Shown here: positions 36,870-49,560 of the stretch, piece by piece
Layout of the letters: each line of letters opens with the position of its first letter
Numbering within the stretch: position 1 is the first letter of the stretch
Notes under the pieces: generated by a model
Databases searched by the model: none
Told to the model about the DNA's origin: nothing
Seen by the model: the letters and a program-made list of their open reading frames with translations, nothing else
Source of the DNA: Vicugna vicugna
Taxonomy: Eukaryota
Assembly: GCA_013265495.1 (NCBI GenBank)
Contig: MU058213.1
Location: forward strand, 6,712,066-6,776,002
Reading direction: 5' to 3'
Length of the DNA stretch: 63,937 nt
Program-made: the position numbers and the translations under genes

Positions 36870-37000
36870 TTCTTTCTCACAAGAACCTTATGAGTGTGGT
36901 TAGGCAGATACTACTGTCTGGCATCATTTTATAGATGACACAGTGGAAGCCCAGGCGGGTGGAGAGATTGCCTAGATTACCCAGGTAGTTGGAGTTCTCT
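36870..37000 (-). mobile_element. MIR fragment
   Basis: 'tctcacaagaaccttatgag...cattttatagatgacacagtggaagcccagg'. Confidence 0.65.
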
Positions 37001-37084
37001 GGACTCTGGAAGGGAGTGGTTGTATGGGGAATCGGTGGGCACCAAGAGCCCCTTCTCACCACTGCCCTGCATCCACCTTTGTCA

Positions 37085-37755
37085 GAGCTGCCATCATCTC
37101 CTGACCGGGGTGTTGTGCAAGCATCATCACCAGTCTCCCTACTTGCACCTTGCCCCACGAACAGCCATTTCTCAACTAGAAGCCAGGGTGATGCTCTAAA
37201 AGAATTAAGTCAGATTATGCTCCTCCTCTGCTCAGACCCCCTCCAAGGGCTCCCATCCCACTCAGTGTCAGTCCTTACGCTGGTCCCAGACCCCTCGTGT
37301 CTACCTGTTTGACCTCCCTTCCTCCTGTACCCAGCTGCCTCATTCACTCCATTCCAAACCCACTGGTCTCCTTATTGGTCCGTGCAATGCCAGGTGCCCT
37401 CAGGACCTTTGCACGGCAGTTCTCGTGGCCCGAAACGTCCTCCCACAGTAATCTGCACAGTCATCCTCCCATTTCCTTCACCCTCTGGTCAAATATCACC
37501 AAATTAGAAGGGTCTTACCTGACCACCTGTATAACGTTATATACCACTACCTTCTGGTATCTTTTTCCCTCAACACTTATGAGCTGGCAGCATACATAAT
37601 TTACTTTTAAAATTTTTACTGTTCATTATCTAGTTCCTCTTCTAAAACATGCTCCCTAAGGGCAGGGATATTTGTTTGCTGATACACTGTAGATGCTTAG
37701 AACTGTCTGGCACACAGGAAGTGTAGGATAAATACATGTTGAATGGATGAATAAA
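37085..37755 (+). mobile_element. L2 (L2a-like) 3' part
   Basis: 'agccagggtgatgctctaaaa...gtcagattatg', 'ccctcaggacctttgcac', 'gtctggcacacagg...taaatacatgttgaatggatgaataaa'. Confidence 0.85.
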
Positions 37756-37981
37756 CCAAAACAGGGCACAGAAATGGGGTCAAAGAAATATCCAGGAACA
37801 AATCATGAAAATTATTCATTTGCCAAGATAAACAAAGGCATTGGCTATGAGAAAACAGGTGTGTTCACAGAGCTGCAGGTGGGGCTTTACTCACTCCCCT
37901 AGAAGCTTTATCCAGGGGGAGGAGTCCTCTCTAGTACATCACCATGTCGAATTAAGACAGGGTTGCATTCGAAAGGGACAA

Positions 37982-38506
37982 GGGGTACGTGCATTAGAAT
38001 TTTCTCTAATTTGTGCCCAGGAGTGAGACTGCTGGATCATATGGTATCTCTCTTTTTGTCTTTTTAAGGAATCTCCATACTGTTATCCATAGTGGCTACA
38101 CCAAATTGGACAGAGAGATTATTATGCTAAGTGAAGTAAGTCAGGCAAAGAACGACAAACACCGTATGACATCCCTTATATGTGGAATCTAAGAAAAATG
38201 ATATAAATGAACTTATCTACACAACAGAAACAGACTCACAGACATAGAAAACAAACTTATGGTTATGAAAGTGGAAAGGTGGGGGGGGGTAAATTAGGAG
38301 CTTGGGATTAGCAGATACAAAGTACTACATATGAAAGAGATAAACAACCAGGTCCTACTGTATAGCACAGGGAACTACATTCAATATCTTATAATAACCT
38401 AGAGTGAAAAAAAATATATATGTGTGTATAACTGAATCACTATGCTGTACACCAAAAACTAACACAACATTGTAAATCACTGTACTTCAGTTTAAAAGAA
38501 AAACAA
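37982..38506 (+). mobile_element. L1 3' end with inverted 5' segment
   Basis: Antisense ORF2 piece ~37982-38107 ('gcccaggagtgagactgctggatcatatggt') fused to sense ORF2 end/3' UTR 38108-38506; candidate TSD 'acaaggg' 37978-37984 and 38507-38513. Confidence 0.9.
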
Positions 38507-38759
38507 ACAAGGGCTTAGAGCAGTGAGGGGATTTCACATATATATGTATCTCTACTTTTGCACATGCTCTTCCCTCGGACTTCAAGGCCCTTTCCTTTTC
38601 ATCCTCAGCCCCCAACATGGTGAACGCCTATTCAACCTCCAAGGCCCCCTCTAACCTAGCTTTTCCTGAGCCCTTAGGCTGAGCTGGCTGGTTCCCTGTC
38701 TGTACTTGCTACCTTGTGTCATAGTTACTGGCCCGCAGGTCTTTCTTCCTTGAGAAAGT

Positions 38760-38832
38760 ACGACTGCCGCAGCCCTACATTTAGTGCTCCAACCAGACAG
38801 TTCTGGGCAAACCAGGACAGTTGGTCACCCTA
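38760..38832. mobile_element. hAT-Blackjack MITE end (MER81/MER94-like) inside decayed L2
   Basis: 'cagttctgggcaaaccaggacagttggtcacccta'. Confidence 0.65.
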
Positions 38833-39151
38833 AGGGTGAGCTCCCTAGGGACCATGTATCACTCTTCTTTCTTTTTGCAGAGTCTAAAGGAGATCTGAAG
38901 CCTAACTAAACCTGAAGTTTAGTTAAGTGGAAAATGTGCAGATGCGCACTCCAGGCTTTAGGAACTAGGCTGTGTTCTCTTTGAGCCTCTTGAAGATGAA
39001 CTCTGCACAGCCCAGAACAAAGTGAGGAAAATCAGCATGCACAAATCCTATTAGAAACAGAAGGCCCTTTTATGTTTGCCCGGCAGGCTCGGAGATGCTG
39101 AAGGACACAGCCTTAAAATATGCAAACCGCATTCACAGGTGGTGCTCAGGC

Positions 39152-39318
39152 TTCAGTGTCCTGCTGCTCCAAGTGTGGTCCATGGACCAGCAGCAGCACC
39201 AGAGACGGAGTCAGAAATGCAGCATCTCAGGCCCTACCTTCAACCTGCTGAATCAGAATCTGCAGCTTCAGAAGGTCCCCAGCTGAGTGATATACACCGT
39301 AAAAGTTGAGAAGCACCG
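39152..39318. mobile_element. MER5A-like hAT MITE
   Basis: 'aagtgtggtccatggaccagcagc...agaaatgcagcatctcaggccc...ctgaatcagaatctgca...aagttgagaagcac'. Confidence 0.85.
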
Positions 39319-39463
39319 AATTAGGGCCCATCAGAAATACTCGAGGGTCAAGGTCAACGTGCAGTTTACCAGCCTCACCTCTGCAAATGCTCATCTGCTA
39401 GGCAATTTTGATATACAGTGAAGATTAAGGCCTGCTGGCAATGTCTCTATCCTATTGCTCTTG

Positions 39464-39620
39464 TCTCTCAAAATATGGTACTTGGGCCATCTGTATCTGC
39501 TGCTTGCAATAAGGACAGATTTCTGAGCAATACCTGAGCGTGTGGGATCAGAATCTTATGGGGGGAGGTAAGACCTGCAATCACTATTTTCAATAAATTT
39601 CCCAGAGCATTCTTATGCAG
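39464..39620. mobile_element. MER5B-like hAT MITE
   Basis: 'tctcaaaatatggt...cagatttctgagc...atcagaatct...ttttcaataaatttcccag...ttcttatgca'. Confidence 0.6.
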
Positions 39621-40489
39621 GACAAAATCCTAGGAAAAGGAATGATCCAGAAGGGAGGGCACAAGAGCTTCTGCTGTTGTTTTAACCCGTCTAGAATTCC
39701 TTCTCTAAAGCCCAAACTGACTTTTTAATCACACAAGTCTTGAACAGCCAATCTCTCTTATTTTCAGTCCGCGAGGCTTAGGTATGATTGGCCTTTTCAA
39801 AATTAAGCACATAACTGGGTCTAACCAATAGAAAATTCCCTTCCCCTGACCACTGTGAATGCTTTAAGGTTGGGTCTAGGACTCAAAGTTTGTCAGTGAG
39901 ATCAGCACAATTTCTAGAATCACGGAAAGAGATGCTCTTTCTCCTGGGTTCCCAAGCTGTAGAGTGTGACTCTTGGGCCCCTGTTAGGTAGTCATCTTTG
40001 CTAACATTTGGGGAAGTCTGCCAACAGAGAGGGAAGCTGGGGCGAGAGAAGGAGGGGAGGCGTACAGAGTTAGAGCTCCACACCCATCACAAAGGGATGA
40101 GAACATCGTGTTGAGTCAGTGTTTTAAAGCTGACAACAGCACAGCTTGACATCAGGTATTAAATGAAAAGTGAATTCAGGGTCAAACCGTTTGTGAAACA
40201 GTGCATTGAACACATTTCCACAGAGTTCGCTTCCCAGGACTGCTCATCCTTAATGATGCCAAAGTGCACTGGGAGTTTCTAAGATGTGGCATGTTACAGC
40301 CGTGGATTAAAAAAAAAGATGTCATGTTATGATATCGTGTCTCTTGGAAAAAACATGGGATAACAGTTTACAAAATGTTGCCACACTTCCCACTTTATTT
40401 AACCCTGCCAACAGTTTTGGAGGGCACACTGTTGGTACAGGTGAGGAAAACAAGGCTAGAGGAGAGGGTGAGATGCCCAAAGCTGCCCT

Positions 40490-40503
40490 CCAGCAGGTGG
40501 CCA
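40490..40503 (+). promoter_or_regulatory. Candidate CTCF motif
   Basis: CCAGCAGGTGGC matches the 12-nt core CCASYAGRKGGC. Confidence 0.4.
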
Positions 40504-40658
40504 ATCCAGCCCCCAGGGACCAGCCACAGAGCAGGATGGCGGAGTGTAGGCATCCCTGTCTCCCAGCACTGTGGCCTTTCTGATTTTAACTCTGCTACCT
40601 GAGGTGGAATTTCCTGGGAGGAGAACAAGCAAGGAGAGTTGATTTGCCTGTGTGGATA

Positions 40659-41183
40659 TGCCAGGTAGTTAGATAAGGTGGAGGAGAGGGAGGGTGGTTG
40701 GAAGATGGTGGCATGCCTGCCTTCAGCATAACGGCGATTTACTTCCTCTAAATGAGAGCCAGCAAGAAACTGGTTAGAACCTGACAGCCGCAACTACACA
40801 GTAACAGCAAGGACCTAACTGGACATGACCCAAGGCTTATTGTAATATAATTAGCATTGTGGTTTAGGCCCCTCCCATGGGTTTGTCTGTGTGCATTATG
40901 GGTAAGGACATGCGCAAAAGGGGACCAGCATGACTAAGCACTCCAGGGACAAGAGCCGTCAATCAAGAGAGCACCTCTAAGCAAGGATGTAAGAGAAGAG
41001 GACAAAGACTGCTGCCTTTTGTCCCTGGGATCAGCCCGCCTCCCGTTCTTCGAGGTGTGCTTTCCCTTGGCTGAAGAAACCTTTAAAAGCTTTCACTGCA
41101 CAATGCTTCATCTCCCATCTGAATTCTTATCTTTCAGCTTTGACAAGAACTGGGGTCTTTTCCCTTCCCCTTTTGGGGTAACA
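40659..41183 (+). mobile_element. Endogenous retrovirus solo LTR, class I (ERV1)-type, 525 bp
   Basis: TG...CA termini ('tgccaggtagttagata' ... 'ggggtaaca') flanked by exact 4-bp TSD GATA at 40655-40658 and 41184-41187. Confidence 0.8.
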
Positions 41184-41749
41184 GATATAGCAAGATTGCT
41201 GCAGATTATATGTATGTTAATTGACACAAACACGGTACAAATCAACACCTGGCCTTTCTTCTTTTGGGTGGCTCTACAGAAAAACTTTGCAGTGAACTTT
41301 ACTCTAGGAAATCAGAAGTTAGAAAGGGAGTTCTTACAGGAATAATAAAAGGAAATCCTAACCTGTGTTTCTAATTTAAGTCAAGGTTCCCATGAGGTTA
41401 AAGAAAGTAAGGGTTGTCAGCTTGGAGCATCTCCTCTCCCTGGGGCCTGGGTACCATGAACCCCCTTCCTGGGCACATCCAGTCTGCTGCTGCTATGCCA
41501 GCAAAATCAGGGAGACCCAGGGATTCGTTTTAAGGATCAAATTTTGGAACTTTCATCCAAATCAGATTTTTTAAATGCCTCCCGGATTCATCACGTGCTG
41601 AGGCCAAATCTATCTTTCTGTCAATGCTTGAGAAATTCAAAATGATAGAGCCAGAAAAGTCAACAGTGTTTTCTGATTAAAAACCCATGCCCTTTCTGCT
41701 ATAGCACAGGAGAAGGATTTAACAGGAAAGGATAAAGTTGAAATACAAG

Positions 41750-41927
41750 CTTCACCGAGATTTGGTTGTGAGGCCTTAGGTAATTAACACAACCTTTCTG
41801 GACCAGTTTCCTCAGCTATAAAATAGGGGAATTAGTGTCTGTTCTGCAAGAGTGTTATGGGGATGAAATATCACAGGTTATGTGAAATCTCATTTTGAAA
41901 TGTATGACACGCGAGGCAAACGTTATT
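41750..41927 (+). mobile_element. MIR SINE
   Basis: 'ccttaggtaattaacacaacc...cagtttcctcagctataaaatagggga...gtgttatggggatgaaat'. Confidence 0.75.
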
Positions 41928-44337
41928 GACAATACTTAACTAAGTGTTCCTACTACTGTTCTACACCAAATAATCACTCTCACAGTAGAAATAAATATCA
42001 GGGTATTAAATTGAGAGGAGAAGATAAAGGGAGATATAATAAACTTGAAACTCTCCCTCTATCATGTTATCCCTCACCCAGGTCTTAAAAACAAACCAAC
42101 CAACCAAAAAAACAAATGTAATCGTCTTTCTTATCCGAGACTTGATTTAGGAAAATGACAACAGACATTTCTAAAGTTCTACATCATTGACAAAATGAGT
42201 TCACATCTATTACATTGTTTCATTAATTCACACAATATTTCCAAGGACGCCCTCTGTGCCAGGCTCTGTGTTGAGAACTAGTGAAGCCTTTAATCATCAA
42301 ACACTCCCCTGGGGACCAAGCTGGAGCCAGCGGCAATCTCTGCCCAGGACGGGCAGGTGACACTCAGGGGCTTACCCGAGTTCCTAAACCCGAATCGTGC
42401 AGTGAGATCATGTCTTTGAAAAGAGTATTTTTCACAAGGTGTCCATTAGGGGATAGTCCCCCACTTTCTGACCACGGGCCACACTTTATGCTGAAATTAC
42501 AGTTAGCACCATTTTCTTCTCTTTGAGGTTTCTCCTATTTTTACAGATCTAATTTGGCATTCAGCATCTGCCTTGCAGCTCTCAGAACCAAGATGCAGAT
42601 ACAGGCTCTAAGATGAACTCAGCAATTGAGTTCAACCAACATTTGATGGGATGCCCTTGAAGTTGAGGCAGGATGAAACTCTGTGATCTTCGCCACGTGG
42701 GTCACCCCGCTGAGGCCGGTCATGCCCAGCACACCCACACAGGTTCTCCGAAGCCCAGTGGAGCAACGGAGCCTTCTCTCATGCACAGAACATGTATGTA
42801 ACCTAAAGGAAAACTTCAGCCTGTGTTCTCAAAGGTCTTCCTTTTCTACTGGGCCATTTGAGCCGAGGAACACAGCAATCTCTTTTATTTTAATTGTGAA
42901 ACATTTCAGCTAAAAAACATCCTTGTGGCTGGCATGTTTAATTGAGCTCCTGAGAGGCTGTGTCGGTGAGACTTCGGGATGAATCGCCCGCAGTCCCATT
43001 GGTCTCACCAAGAACCCATTGATGTTTCATAAATCCAAGTCGGTACAAATCTAATTGAGTTACCATGCTGAATTAGCTCACATCTAAATGGCATTCATGT
43101 CTACAAATGGAATAATTAGAGTCTAGAAAATGGGATATATCAAGTGGCATCCCAAGTGACAACAGAGAGGCATTTGTATTCATTCAATCAACTGTGTGAA
43201 GAAAAAAAAAAGCCGCTATAAGGCTTGACTTGGGCTGGATGATTAGATGCAGTGTTTGGGCACTTGGTTTCTCTTATTTTTTTCATATTTATATTTACCT
43301 GCAAGAGGTCTCTTTATTCATTCTTCAGATATGCAAAAAAGAAATGTCAGAGCTGAAGTTATTTTTAACCACCTGATTTAAGAAAGAAAAAAGGAGAGAC
43401 ACAGTCCCATTTCAGCCTACAGATCTGTTTGTTTTCAACGATTGGAAATGGTTTCCTTATTTCATTCCTTCTACGTTTTTTTTTTTTTTCCTTCTGCATT
43501 TGCTGGTAAGTACCCTGGTTGAGATGAATTCACACCCTGGGGGCAGGTGGATTCGAATATGAATGCCTGACCATTCTCTATTTGAAAAGGGCCTAAGTAC
43601 CTAATCATAAAGAATAAAGTTCACCTCTTGTCCAGAAAGGGTCTCATTAAATGGTTTTCATTGGGAAATTTTAGGTTATCCAAATTTAATGCTTCCTCGA
43701 TTAATAGTTCAACTCAGCAAATATTACAAACAGGAAGAAGGCATTTTGACAATGCAGGCTAATGGCCTCCCTCTAATTCACACTGTAGCCTTCAATCTAA
43801 TTTACATGCTTAGTTTATTTATTACCCCAATTAAGTTTTGCAAATAGTTTGCAATGAGGTCCCCGTGACCTCATAACTCACAATTACTCTTGGGATCTCC
43901 TGCCCACTTTGGCACGTTTTGAATAATACTGCAATATCTTCCAGAAAAGGATTGTGCTTAGAAAATGATGGATGGTGATTGTGAGCATCTTGTCCATAAA
44001 AGACAAGACCTGAAATGTGCCTTTGGTCTGTTCTTGGTGCACAGTTCACAAACCCAAGCATTTGGTACTTTGGGTTTTCAGTGCTCCCTGTGGCCACTGG
44101 TTTCCTCATCACCAGAGCTCCCTGTGTCTCAACTGTCTTATCAAGGGTGGGGATGCTTCCCTGTCAGAAGTCTGTGCCTGCTGGAAGGCCAGCCCCTGTA
44201 GCACACAGGTAGTACATGGTATTATTTTATGGGAGCCAGAAGATTTTATTTCCCTGACCCTATTTCTTCTCTCCAATTAAATTTGTCCATTAAACATTTG
44301 AATTGGTGAAATCCAAACCAAGTCTTTAGTTCATTCT

Positions 44338-44473
44338 ATTGTACCAAGGTTAGTTTCTTAGTGTTGACAAATGTACCATGGTTATTTAAGATAACACTAG
44401 GGGAAGCTGCGTACTATTTCTGCAACTGTTCTGTAAATAGAAAATGACTTCAAAATAAAAAGTTTAAAAAAAA
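44338..44473 (+). mobile_element. Old L1M (L1MC/MD-like) 3' end
   Basis: 'ttgacaaatgtaccatggttat...gtactatttctgcaactgttctgtaaat...caaaataaaaagtttaaaaaaaa'. Confidence 0.75.
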
Positions 44474-44611
44474 CTTTCTATCTGCAATCTAAAAATCTGG
44501 TAGTATCTTTATAAGAGTCCTCTATTAAAGTCCACTCAAGAAGGACCAACCTGAGCCTGAAGCCTGTGGGGTCGGCAGTCGGGTATTTGCGGCGGGGAGA
44601 GGAAATGGAGG

Positions 44612-44810
44612 CATCCTGGAGTCAGGTCCTGGCTCTGACATGCACCAGCCGGGAACCTCGGACAAGCCTCTTAATCTCTCTGCATCCCAGTTTCCTCATC
44701 TGATTGGAGGTATCATCAACAGTGCTGCCCTTTCAGGGCTCAGAAAGGAACAAATGTGAAAAAAATGACTATGCTTTGGGAAACTAAACAGCTGTACAGA
44801 TTTTTATTAA
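44612..44810 (+). mobile_element. MIR SINE
   Basis: 'gtcctggctctgaca...cctcggacaagcctcttaatctctctgcatcccagtttcctcatctg'. Confidence 0.75.
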
Positions 44811-44864
44811 ACACCTCTGATGGAGGTGAGTGTCCAGAGCAAGACAGAACCATAGCATGAACAA

Positions 44865-45030
44865 TACCTTAAGATATTATAGAAAGCAGGGAAAGTGTCT
44901 TTGGTGCTAAGTCGCCCAGTCTGTCTTCACAGATGAGAAACCCAAAGCGCAGCAAGTGACTCGTCCAAGGGTCCTGGTCAGAAAGAGAACTCACACCTCC
45001 TGCTTCCTTAGCCTGTGCTTCTCCCACTGG
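44865..45030 (-). mobile_element. MIR/MIR3 fragment
   Basis: 'ttcacagatgagaaacccaaagcgcagcaagtgactcgtccaagg'. Confidence 0.6.
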
Positions 45031-46514
45031 GCTGGGACATTTCCCAATCTTGTGTTCAAGACAAGCCCTGACAAAGGTCAAGCAAATGATGTGCTGGGTG
45101 TTTCCTTTCCAGTTTCGATATGAAAAGCACCACCACCTCCACCCTAACTTTTAAGATGTTATTAGTATGTAATCACACAGACTTTCCAAATAGGCTTGCC
45201 TGTTGAGGGTGACCTCGTTATTAATGCAGAGAAAAGTGGTCAAATTAAGTGCAATCAGAGGACTGCACAGACGTGGGAATTCCAACAACCTGATGACAGC
45301 AAGCTGTGTACAACATCCCTCCAGACCTGTCCTGCAATGCCTGAGACTAAACACCCTGAAATCTAGGCTCATCTAAAACCAGAAACCCCTACCAGTTTCT
45401 GTTTCCCTTGCAACATCACTCTCCTCACAGTTCTCCAGGTACCAAACCTTAAGAGTCACTTTTCTCTTTTTCTGTAACTGTTAACGTCTTAGCTAAGCTC
45501 CTCTTGGGAGTAGAGTCTGAGTTTGACTCATCTTCACAAATTCCCCAGCACCTCACAGGATGCCTGATGCCTCTCTCATATCAGGTGTTCAAGACTGTTG
45601 CATGAACGTATCTACGGGAAAGCTCTTTCGTGAAATCTTTCAAAAGCTTGTCCTGGGCTTCCTCAAGGTCCCAAAGAAAGAGGGTTTCTCTCTGCTTCTT
45701 TTCACACCTGAAATTGAGCCATATTAAGAGAGAAACTAAGCCATTCCACTGCAAGGTGGGCTAATGGATTGATTACTCTGCATAAATCAGAGCTCAAAAG
45801 AATACTTAGAAAAGAATCTTTCCAACTGGCGGGTTAAAGGAGTCTGCATTCTTTACTATTAAACATTTCCACTGTAGGTTACTCTAAATCTCATTAATGG
45901 GTTACATGTTTGCTAGTCTAGTCTGTAAGTATGTCCGTTTATCTCCACACTGTAATTTATATCATGCTGTTTACCTTCTCTGTGTTAACATCCCATACTG
46001 ATAATTCAATATCTGAATGTGTACTTTTGGAAATAGTCAAATAATCAAACGCAAGTTGGCTCAACATTTTGAATGCTGCACCCAGCAAAAGTTCAAGGTA
46101 TGGAAGAGGGATCTGGTTGAAATTTTAAATAGGCTTCCAAGCTGGGCAGTAAAGGTGAGAGTTTGCAACTAGTCAAAATAAACGTATCCTTTACCTGGAT
46201 TTCTTGGAACAGAGGACTGACGTGGGAACAGTGGCTTAGTCTACTCAGCTTTCAAGAGCAAAGCTTTCCCTGGAACTGCGCCATCAAGGGGAAGATTTGG
46301 GGAAGGGTCATCTTGGCTGACAGTAACTGAGAGAGTTCCGGTACATTTTTGTGTATCCACTAAGCCCTGGATTCATTTATTCAAGCCAATTTATTTGTGA
46401 AAGATGGAGATGGAATCAATAGGAAAGATGAAAGTCCCAGTGCTCATCCAGTACAAGCACAGAAAGAGTCAAAAGTTCTGGGCTGCGTAAGAGAAAAAAA
46501 AGAGTAGCACTCTT

Positions 46515-47047
46515 TATCAAGGATAAAAATTTCTGTTGCTTTTAGTGGCACCTAACAGACCTGACATCAGATGGCTTAATAAAAAAGGAAACGCATTACC
46601 TGATGAGCAAATCTGGGGTTGGGCGGCTCCAGCAGCAGCTCGGGGCTGCCATGAAAGGCCCGGGTCCTCCCCAGCCTTTCCCTCCGAAGGTGTCAACGTG
46701 TCAGCTTTGCCCTCAGACTGGCTCCCTTCGTGGGCCAGCAAATACAGGTTCCCTTCCACAGGAAGAAGCGGGCTACTTCTTCATGTCTCTTTGTAAGAGA
46801 AAGCATCGTTTCTAGAAGCCCAAAGCAGATGTCCACTCCAGCTGCAACAGTTATAGCTCGGACACACGCCTTTTCCTCTCACGGCAATGGAAATGAGACC
46901 ACCAGGCTCGGGTTAGCCTAATCAGGATTCACCTTTGCACTGTGGTCACGTTCCCTGAGGAGTAGACCCCTAAATGAACTTGAGTTTATATTTACAAGAA
47001 AAACGGGAGGAGCAGACGTTGGTGAGTAAGCCACTGTGGAACACACA
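46515..47047 (-). mobile_element. Old MaLR LTR (MLT1J/K/L-like)
   Basis: 'taacagacctgac...tggcttaataaaaaagg', 'ctttgccctcagactggctccct', 'ggcaatggaaatgagaccacca...taatcagga'. Confidence 0.75.
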
Positions 47048-47752
47048 CTCTGTAGCGTGACGTGGGAGCCACATCTCTACGACTGGGCTCTTCTGCCACA
47101 TCTGTTAGGCAGATGCTAAGAGATCAGTCATTCTCACGCCCTATGGGCAGCCTTCTTAATTAGAGACAGAAAGGGGGAGATGAAATTACCCTAGGAAATG
47201 TTCTCCAACCTCTGACTTTACATGTGAATCATAAAAAGGGCTTTTACTCATGGGATCATACACAGAGATGACAATTAGGTACCTGCTTCTCTGAGAGCTT
47301 AGAAACCAAGTCTGTACACGCTGTGTGACTAGCTAGGGGAGAAAGCAAGGAGCCTGGGTTTAGGGAGCTCCAACATTTGGTCAAAGTGATCCGGGATGCA
47401 GTCCTTAGAGATGGACCAGAGATGGGGTTATAATTCCATCAGCCAAAACCTAATGAACACCACTGCATTCTGTTAAGAGAAAGAGGTATATAGAGAGGGG
47501 TTTAGAAAAATCAAAGCATATTTTACAAAGGAGACTCCTGGAGGCAATCACTGTCTGTGCCCACCCATGGACTGCTGCAGGGAAGCTCTCCTTGGCGAGG
47601 TAAGAGCGCCTCACACCTGGTACTGAGAGCTGAGAGTCTCTCTCTGACATCAACAAGCCTCTGATAAGTGGGTCTGTTAGCTTCTCCTACCTGAGATGGA
47701 TGCACTGGGAGGGCATGTGCGAGCAATCAGACCTCTAGGCAGGCAGACTTCT

Positions 47753-48114
47753 TGCAGTGGCCTGAATGTTTGTGTCCCCAACCTCTAACTTCATGTGTTG
47801 AAATCCAAACCCCCAAAGTGATGGTATTAGGAGGTGTGTCTTGGGGAGGCGATCAGGTCACGGAGCAGAGCCCTCATGAATGGGATTAGTGCCCTTATAA
47901 GAGGGCTGAGAAAGCTCCCCTGCCCCTTCCGCCATGTTGAGGCTACAACAAAAAGGCCGCTGTCAATGAGGAGTTGAGCTCTCACCAGACGTGGGATCTG
48001 CTGGCGCCTTGACCTGGGCTTCGCAGCTTCCAGAACTGGGAGAAATTCAGACATATTTTTTATATGCCGCCTAGCCTCTGGTATTTTGTTAAAGCAGCCC
48101 AACACACTAAGACA
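47753..48114 (+). mobile_element. MaLR solo LTR (MLT1A-like) with exact 5-bp TSD
   Basis: TG...CA termini, 'gagccctcatgaatgggattagtgcccttataa', TSD CTTCT at 47748-47752 and 48115-48119. Confidence 0.93.
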
Positions 48115-49330
48115 CTTCTCACTGTAAACTAATGCACTTACTTCCTGATACTGTAACAGATACTAGGATTCCCATGTGTATGTAGCAGAGTTACATACAG
48201 ACACACCTGCATGCCAGTGTGTGTGTGTGTATGTATAATTTTTTCAGTGATTGTCATCTTTTCCCCAGAGATAGATACACTCCAGGTCAGCGGACAAAAT
48301 CCAAAGACACACAGACGTGGTGAGCTCACTGAGGCAAGCATCACTTGCAGTCTCTCAACTGGTGATTCAATCAGTTGTTTTTGTCATCCTCCATAATTAG
48401 GAATTCTCCAGACCATCAATTGATAAATAATGGAAATATTCTGATGATCTTTGTTTAATAAGACAAGAAAACTTTATGCCATTTTTATGCCAAATGTCTT
48501 CAACTAATTCAGCTTGACAAAATCTACAAAGCTTACCACCGTAAAACCTTACTCAACTAAAAAATCCAGCCAATAATTTTTATTTGCTGGCTACATTTAA
48601 GTTTTACAAGAAAGAGGCCACTCAGATAAGCTTATATCAAGTGTTTCATTTTTAAAGCCACTTCTCTGGGATCTATATTCAGCCCAATCTTCTATACCTT
48701 CTTTCTCTCCACCCACAGGCTCTGAGATGCTAGTTCACAATATGACTAGGGAGTGGGGCAGGCTGCAGATATCTCAAGCGCCAAGAAAAATTTCAAGTAC
48801 TTCCTTCCACAAGACTGTAACATAAAAAAAAAAAAAACTAAGAGGCATCTCAACAAGAATTGCAACCCAAAGTGTTTCTGATTAATGTTTGGGCAATTTA
48901 TCAAAGCCCTGAGCAATCTGTTCCTAACATAGAGCTGTTTCTTGTAGCCATTCACGTGTTGTTCTTCCAGCAGATGCAAACCCTTCAGATGGGCCTTCCC
49001 TTTTGGAGAGCTCTATCCTTATTAAAACACAGTCTGTGGTCTTAATTTATTCAAATTTGCACTCCCTAGCCCCTGGCACACAGAGGGCACTCCTTTAAAA
49101 TGGCAATGAACAGTCATTGCTAAAGGTTGTGGGGTTTCCTGTAGGTATAAGGAGTTTCTCACTATGAACCTGCAACACGCGGGAAACCAAATGTCAAGAC
49201 AGGTTCGCTGATTAACTGGGAAGATTAACTTTCTTCCCCAATATTGAACGTGGATGCAACATTGAAAATAAAGACATTCCTATCTTCCAGTTTGGCTGCA
49301 AAACAAAGCTGCTTGCTTCACTTCAAAATT

Positions 49331-49560
49331 GGGGGGGGGGGTAGAGGGTGGGAAGGGATAGACTGGGATTTCAAAATTGTAGAATAGATAAACAAGATTA
49401 CACTGTATAGCACAGGGAAATATACACAAAATGTTATGATAAATCACAGAGAAAAAAATGTGACAATGAGTGTGTATATGTCCATGAATGACTGAAAAAT
49501 TGTGCTGAACACTGGAATTTGACACAACATTGTAAAATGATTATGAATCAATAAAAAAAA
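49331..49560 (+). mobile_element. Young 5'-truncated L1 3' UTR with poly(A)
   Basis: G-rich 'ggggtagagggtgggaagggatagactggg', 'ctgtatagcacagggaa', 'tgacacaacattgtaaa', AATAAA then A-run. Confidence 0.9.
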
